Shown here one piece after another: positions 59,863 to 64,000 of a stretch of 64,000 nt of DNA (positions are counted from its first letter, which is position 1; each line of letters opens with the position of its first letter). The stretch is from positions 356,241-420,240 of the IMG/VR virus record IMGVR_UViG_3300045988_170943. One strand, written 5' to 3'. Under the pieces are notes generated by a model. The model did not search any database. It worked only from the letters and a program-made list of their open reading frames with translations, and was not told the origin of the DNA. Source of the DNA: a virus. The translations under genes were made by a program, and so were the position numbers.

Positions 59863-61411
59863 TGTGAACCGCACCTATCCTTGTTGTCCGTATGCTTGTT
59901 TTGGCGAGGATGGTAAAGGTGTTGATCTGCATGACGTCTTGGAGGAGGTTCGCTGTGAGGCGACGGAGTGTGCCAGGCAGGCGGTTAAGCACCTGACTTG
60001 GAAGAACATGATCAGGGTTGCCGACTACAAGGGCCTGAAGCCCTCTGTGGCTGGCAGCAGGATGGGCATTCGGCTGCCTCCTGGAAGGCGTCAAAGAGGG
60101 CGGAGTCGTTTTGAGCGCATGGTGCGTGAGTATGCTGTGTCTCAACTGCGTTCCTGGAGCGAGCGTTTTCTGGCCTACAGGGGTGGCTCCAGCAAGTATG
60201 TCAGTGCTGGTTGGAGGCGTACCGCTAATACGCACTCACCAGAGACTCTGGCACCTCGTTTAGCGCTCTCGGCCACTGATTGCCAGTATCACTCTGTCAG
60301 CGTCAACGGGAGTACCACTGTTCTTCGTATGGTGATCGGTGGTCGTTGGGTGAGCCTCTACTTCAAGACGCCCAGACGTTTTCTGGAGGCTGGTGTTCGT
60401 CCTGTCGCTCCTGACATCATTGTTGATGATCGTGGGCGGGTCGTGTTCAACTGGTTCACTGAGATTCCTGTTGAACGGAGTGATTTTTCTGATCGTTATG
60501 TTGTTGGGGTGGATGTCGGTCGTAACAGCGCGGCATTCTCTGCTGTCGTTGATGTTACTACAGGTTATCCGGTTGAGGTGTCAGGTGGTAATCGGCGTAT
60601 CAAGACTCTTGAGAACAGGATCTCACGTACAGAGAACCAGATCAGAAGTCTTCACAAGACGGGCCGCCACGATGAGGCGGCCCAGCACAGAAGAGGGTTG
60701 GCGAATCGACGTAACGAACTGGCGATCCTGGTAGGGCAGGAGGTCGCCGACCTGTCTTTCAGGTACGACAACGCCCTTGTCGCCGTGGAGGATCTTTCAG
60801 GTATTCGTAACACGATGAGTCATGGTCGCTGGGTGAGGGGTCAGATGGTTCGGCGTGCTACGCACATGGTTGAGGCCGATGGCGGCCGAGTCATGAAGGT
60901 CAACCCGGCGTACACTTCTCAGAAATGCCACGTGTGCAACACTCAGATGGACATGAGAGACAGAAAAAGACCAAGGTGTATGGTGTGCAAGGTTACTTGG
61001 GACAGGGACGAGAACGCCGCCATCAACATCGCCAAAAGACCCCCGCATGGTAAAGCCTGTGCCACGAGAAAAAGGCATGCAAGTTCTGGACGTCGAAGAA
61101 ACTCAAAGGGATCCGCTGCGCCGCTGAAGCACCCATTGTCCAAGGGCAGGCCAACTTCTAAGGCACCACAGAACAGGCCACAAGACAGTCACATGTTGGA
61201 GCACTCCAAGCGTTTTCGACGCGAGAAGCGAGAAGGAGGTGCAGCAACTAGATCAACGTGCGCGGTAGGCTGGTCGCCGGTCGTCAAGACCGACGTGAGC
61301 GTTCCTACCGTGGGGTCCTCCTGTGAAGACGTACAGACAACAAGCCGCACGACTACACCTTGCTCTGCAACCAGCAGAGAAACCACATCCTGTGGAAATG
61401 CCAAAGTGTAG
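59837..61411 (+). CDS. tnpB: TnpB (IS607-associated OrfB, RuvC-like plus Zn finger)
   Basis: VVGVDVG, VEDLS, KCHVCNTQMD...CMVCKVTWDRDENAAINIA. About 55% similar to the TnpB at 7468-9009. Confidence 0.8.
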   Translation: MKDQVRVPSVNRTYPCCPYACFGEDGKGVDLHDVLEEVRCEATECARQAVKHLTWKNMIRVADYKGLKPSVAGSRMGIRLPPGRRQRGRSRFERMVREYAVSQLRSWSERFLAYRGGSSKYVSAGWRRTANTHSPETLAPRLALSATDCQYHSVSVNGSTTVLRMVIGGRWVSLYFKTPRRFLEAGVRPVAPDIIVDDRGRVVFNWFTEIPVERSDFSDRYVVGVDVGRNSAAFSAVVDVTTGYPVEVSGGNRRIKTLENRISRTENQIRSLHKTGRHDEAAQHRRGLANRRNELAILVGQEVADLSFRYDNALVAVEDLSGIRNTMSHGRWVRGQMVRRATHMVEADGGRVMKVNPAYTSQKCHVCNTQMDMRDRKRPRCMVCKVTWDRDENAAINIAKRPPHGKACATRKRHASSGRRRNSKGSAAPLKHPLSKGRPTSKAPQNRPQDSHMLEHSKRFRREKREGGAATRSTCAVGWSPVVKTDVSVPTVGSSCEDVQTTSRTTTPCSATSRETTSCGNAKV

Positions 61412-61912
61412 TCATACGCTGAGTGATGGGTAATGAAGGAACGACTTTCAGACCGCTGGCCCTCTCTGTGGAGGTAGCCGGTCAGTGCCCAAGGATACTA
61501 TGTGGGGACACCAAGAACACAACACTCCCCGCACGGCCCGGTAACAGCACCACCGGGGAGGAGATCCTAAATGCCCCGAGTGGTCGCCTGTGCGAGGAGG
61601 CATCGGGTTACAGGGGGCTTGAGGATCTGTGCGCTCAGGCCGACACGATGCGCCCAATTGTCGATGGGCCATGGGGTGACATGGAGAGGTCACGGGCCTG
61701 GCTTATCGAGAACCTGGGCCTGTACGCGCTGCGCCCGGACGCTAAGCGTATCCCTGAGGACCTGAAGGCGAAGATGTCGGTCAGAATCAACATCCAGGGT
61801 GTGTGACCCACATCACCCGTCCTGGGCTTGCAGGTAGGTATCGGCCTACTGCATACTTGAGCCAGCGAGCCGGAGGCAGAAGGTCAACGGCACTACCCCA
61901 GGAGGATGCAGC

Positions 61913-62266
61913 ATGGACATGAACGTCTACGACCTTGAAGCCGTTGAGAACAGCATCTATGAATTCGTGGCCGGCGCCCCCATCAAGGCCGCCTCGTGCC
62001 ACTACACTGGGCACATGGACGTTGTGGGCGGAATCGATGTCACCCGCGAGGAGGGTGTTGCGCTGTCATATTCCGCCGATGGGGAGGTGAGCACCATCTT
62101 CCTTTCTGGGCGCACTGACGATGACCCGTCGGTTCTTGAGGGCGTCAACATTGACACTGTTGTCGCCGAGCAGGGCAACTACAACGAGGTGGTTATTCGT
62201 ATTGGGGATGGAGAGACCATGATCGCCCTGTCTGGGGTTAATGCGGGAATGATCGCCGAGATGTGA
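61913..62266 (+). CDS. hypothetical protein
   Basis: 117-aa ORF. RBS aggagg. Confidence 0.5.
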   Translation: MDMNVYDLEAVENSIYEFVAGAPIKAASCHYTGHMDVVGGIDVTREEGVALSYSADGEVSTIFLSGRTDDDPSVLEGVNIDTVVAEQGNYNEVVIRIGDGETMIALSGVNAGMIAEM

Positions 62267-62511
62267 ACAAGGCCTGACCATGTACCTGAGTTGATTGGTG
62301 TGGTGGGCAGGAGGTTTAGTCCCCTGCCCACCACCCTTTTTGTGTCTTCCCGCTCTGTGTCCCTACTGTGTGCTTGTTGCAGGTGTTGTCCATGTCACTA
62401 CCAGACTCATGTCTCCTGGCCTTGACGCCGCACCCTAGGGGAAACTAGCATGGCCTTTGACAACAGTGTGCGGAGCGGCAAGGTCTCCACACCAGACCAC
62501 AGAAAACAACC

Positions 62512-63480
62512 ATGAACAGCCACGTTATCAGCGAGCAGGTGTTTGACCTGTTCTTCTCGTCACTGGACTCTTTTGAGGAGACCGGCCTGATCGACAAGCA
62601 GACCTCCTACCTCACTAAGGTCGCACAGTGGGGTGGTCTCAACGACCTGTGCGCCACCAACAGGGAGGTCAGGAAGTCTGTAGCCGGACTGTCTGCCGGT
62701 CTCATGGCCACCCCGGACGACAGCCCCCTGTGGAAGAACCACGCCAAAGGTGTCTCCACCATCCTGTTCGCTGTGCTCCTGGCTGGCGCAGCACACAGCC
62801 GTGACGCGAAGAAGATCCGTCGCCACCACTGGATCCCCAGGTCCTATTCCTCCGTCTTCGGTTATGGGGGAGGAAGCACGTTCCCAGTCGCTATCACCAG
62901 CCCGATCATTCCTGCCATCACAGCCAATGTGTCCGTGGAGGAGTTCACCCATGACTGGCCGTCCCGTAATGAGCGTGGCCGCGAGTGTTACCATCACATG
63001 ATCGAGGCCGCATTTTCAGCGCTTGAGTACAGGTACTGCGAGACGGTTCGTAAGACGTCTCCCCTGACGGACAAGGATCTGTGTGTGCTGGGTGCGTTCT
63101 GTGTCGCCCTGGATGCACGTAAGCCCATCGCTGGGGAGGGTGGCAGGTTCCCTGACGGGGACGTTGACCCGATGATTCGTCACATCCTGGGGGTCGCTGA
63201 CGGCCTCTGTGGGCGTGATGGGGAACTTTGGGTGGCTGCCGTAACCACGGACACGCCGATGCCGTTCCTTCCGGCTGGGCGCATCTATGAGGGTGGGGCG
63301 CTGGTGACGCCCGTGCGCTCGACGGTGCTCGTCCTGGTGGGTGATGGTGACACGACACCGGCCCTGGCTGAGAAGGCCGCAGACGCCTACACGTGGCGGG
63401 CGATCAGGATGAGCGGGAACGTCATCTACGGGATGTCCGCCCAGGTACTGGAACAGGCCCTCGCTGACATGGGTAGATAA
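62512..63480 (+). CDS. hypothetical protein with HHWIPRSY...F motif (possibly DUF4238-like)
   Basis: 322-aa ORF. The motif RRHHWIPRSYSSVF resembles the N-terminal signature of DUF4238-type proteins. Weak call. Confidence 0.4.
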   Translation: MNSHVISEQVFDLFFSSLDSFEETGLIDKQTSYLTKVAQWGGLNDLCATNREVRKSVAGLSAGLMATPDDSPLWKNHAKGVSTILFAVLLAGAAHSRDAKKIRRHHWIPRSYSSVFGYGGGSTFPVAITSPIIPAITANVSVEEFTHDWPSRNERGRECYHHMIEAAFSALEYRYCETVRKTSPLTDKDLCVLGAFCVALDARKPIAGEGGRFPDGDVDPMIRHILGVADGLCGRDGELWVAAVTTDTPMPFLPAGRIYEGGALVTPVRSTVLVLVGDGDTTPALAEKAADAYTWRAIRMSGNVIYGMSAQVLEQALADMGR

Positions 63481-64000
63481 GGGGAGGGGCGAGCCCGTCT
63501 ACCCAGCACCCCAGCCTCCGCCCCCTTGACTCACTGCCCCTTGGCCCGCCGACGACGGGGCGGTTCCGGGTGGACGGGAGCAGGGGCATGTGCGCGGCTG
63601 GGCGTCTTCATTGCCGCACTGGTGGGTGATGTCCGGCCTGCACGTCCTGTAGCGCGGGCATCGAGGTGGGGCGGCTGAGGGAGATCCGTCAAAGGATGTG
63701 GCTGCCCCGCGGGATGTCGCGGACCGGGCTAACGCCGCGAAGAGGATCTGGGTTAACAAGGCACCGTTCATCCTTTGGTGGTAAATGGGCGATCTGAGCG
63801 GACGGGCAGAACGCGGGGGAGGCTTACAGCACGGTGATCCCCGCTGTGGTGACACCTACTCTCTGTGCGGGACCCTCCGGGAGCCTTGTGGGCTCTGAGG
63901 TCAAGTCAGATGAAGTCGTGTCCCGTAAGGCGAAGATCTACGGCTGGAGCAGCAAGAGGCAGGGTGCCTTCAGGTGGGTACGTTGTCTTTTATGATGACT

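Larger units (their letters stand above)
59150..61450 (+). mobile_element. IS607-family insertion sequence (tnpA serine recombinase plus tnpB). Ends not mapped.
   Basis: Overlapping tnpA/tnpB pair typical of IS607. Codon usage (T-ending) differs from most of the window. Confidence 0.55.

Noticed and set aside
61423-61806. 127-aa + strand ORF immediately after IS607 tnpB
   Set aside because: Overlaps the expected omega-RNA and right-end region of the IS. Only the C-terminal third looks protein-like, so it is not called.

Overview
This window reads as a high-GC, actinobacterial-type mobile element, most likely a large phage or decaying prophage, though an ICE-like island is possible. Genes are mostly on the + strand and packed tightly.

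Recognisable content:
- A tRNA cluster (1-2.4 kb): three tRNA-Thr (anticodons GGU, CGU, UGU) plus tRNA-Ser(UGA).
- Nucleotide-pool and replication genes: dCMP deaminase, a MazG-like NTP pyrophosphohydrolase, a DnaE-like polymerase fragment (PHP domain plus the start of the palm), a DnaX-like clamp loader and an anaerobic class III ribonucleotide reductase (NrdD).
- Recombination and repair genes: a Cas4/RecB-family exonuclease, RecX-like, RadA/Sms, RusA-like, and a GyrA/ParC-like topoisomerase subunit.
- Nuclease genes: an HNH endonuclease and a Zn-ribbon/repeat-rich homing-endonuclease-like protein.
- Three TnpB (OMEGA-type) transposase genes: two solitary, and one paired with an IS607-type serine-recombinase TnpA.
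- An MT-A70 adenine methyltransferase.
- A 9-kb Tad/Flp-type pilus or secretion module (30.5-39.8 kb): pilin-like gene, TadB, CpaF/TadA ATPase, TadC, CpaB and CpaE/TadZ, with a VirB4/TraG-like ATPase embedded and a convergent PilT-like ATPase alongside.

The most unusual things I see:
1. Class-3-type (WCT) inteins in two different genes. One sits in the PilT P-loop between GSGK and TTT. The other sits in the Cas4-like nuclease between DYK and TGK.
2. An FtsK motor gene reduced to a 40-aa IntC-like leader plus the C-extein, next to free-standing endonuclease genes on the opposite strand. This is a fractured-gene or split-intein arrangement.
3. A DnaE gene that ends 47 aa into an intein-like Cys-initiated tail, exactly where the catalytic PDxD motif should follow. 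A TnpB element lies immediately downstream and no C-terminal half of DnaE is in the window.
4. A roughly 7-kb gene-poor block (47.15-54.25 kb) with extreme strand bias. The + strand is A/C-rich to the left and G/T-rich to the right, flipping at about 48.42 kb. Degenerate inverted repeats flank the flip and short repeated motifs lie inside. GT-skewed, T-ending codon usage extends to other patches (16.8-19.15 kb and 58.2-60.4 kb).

All function calls rest on motif-level reading of the translated ORFs. No database search was possible.
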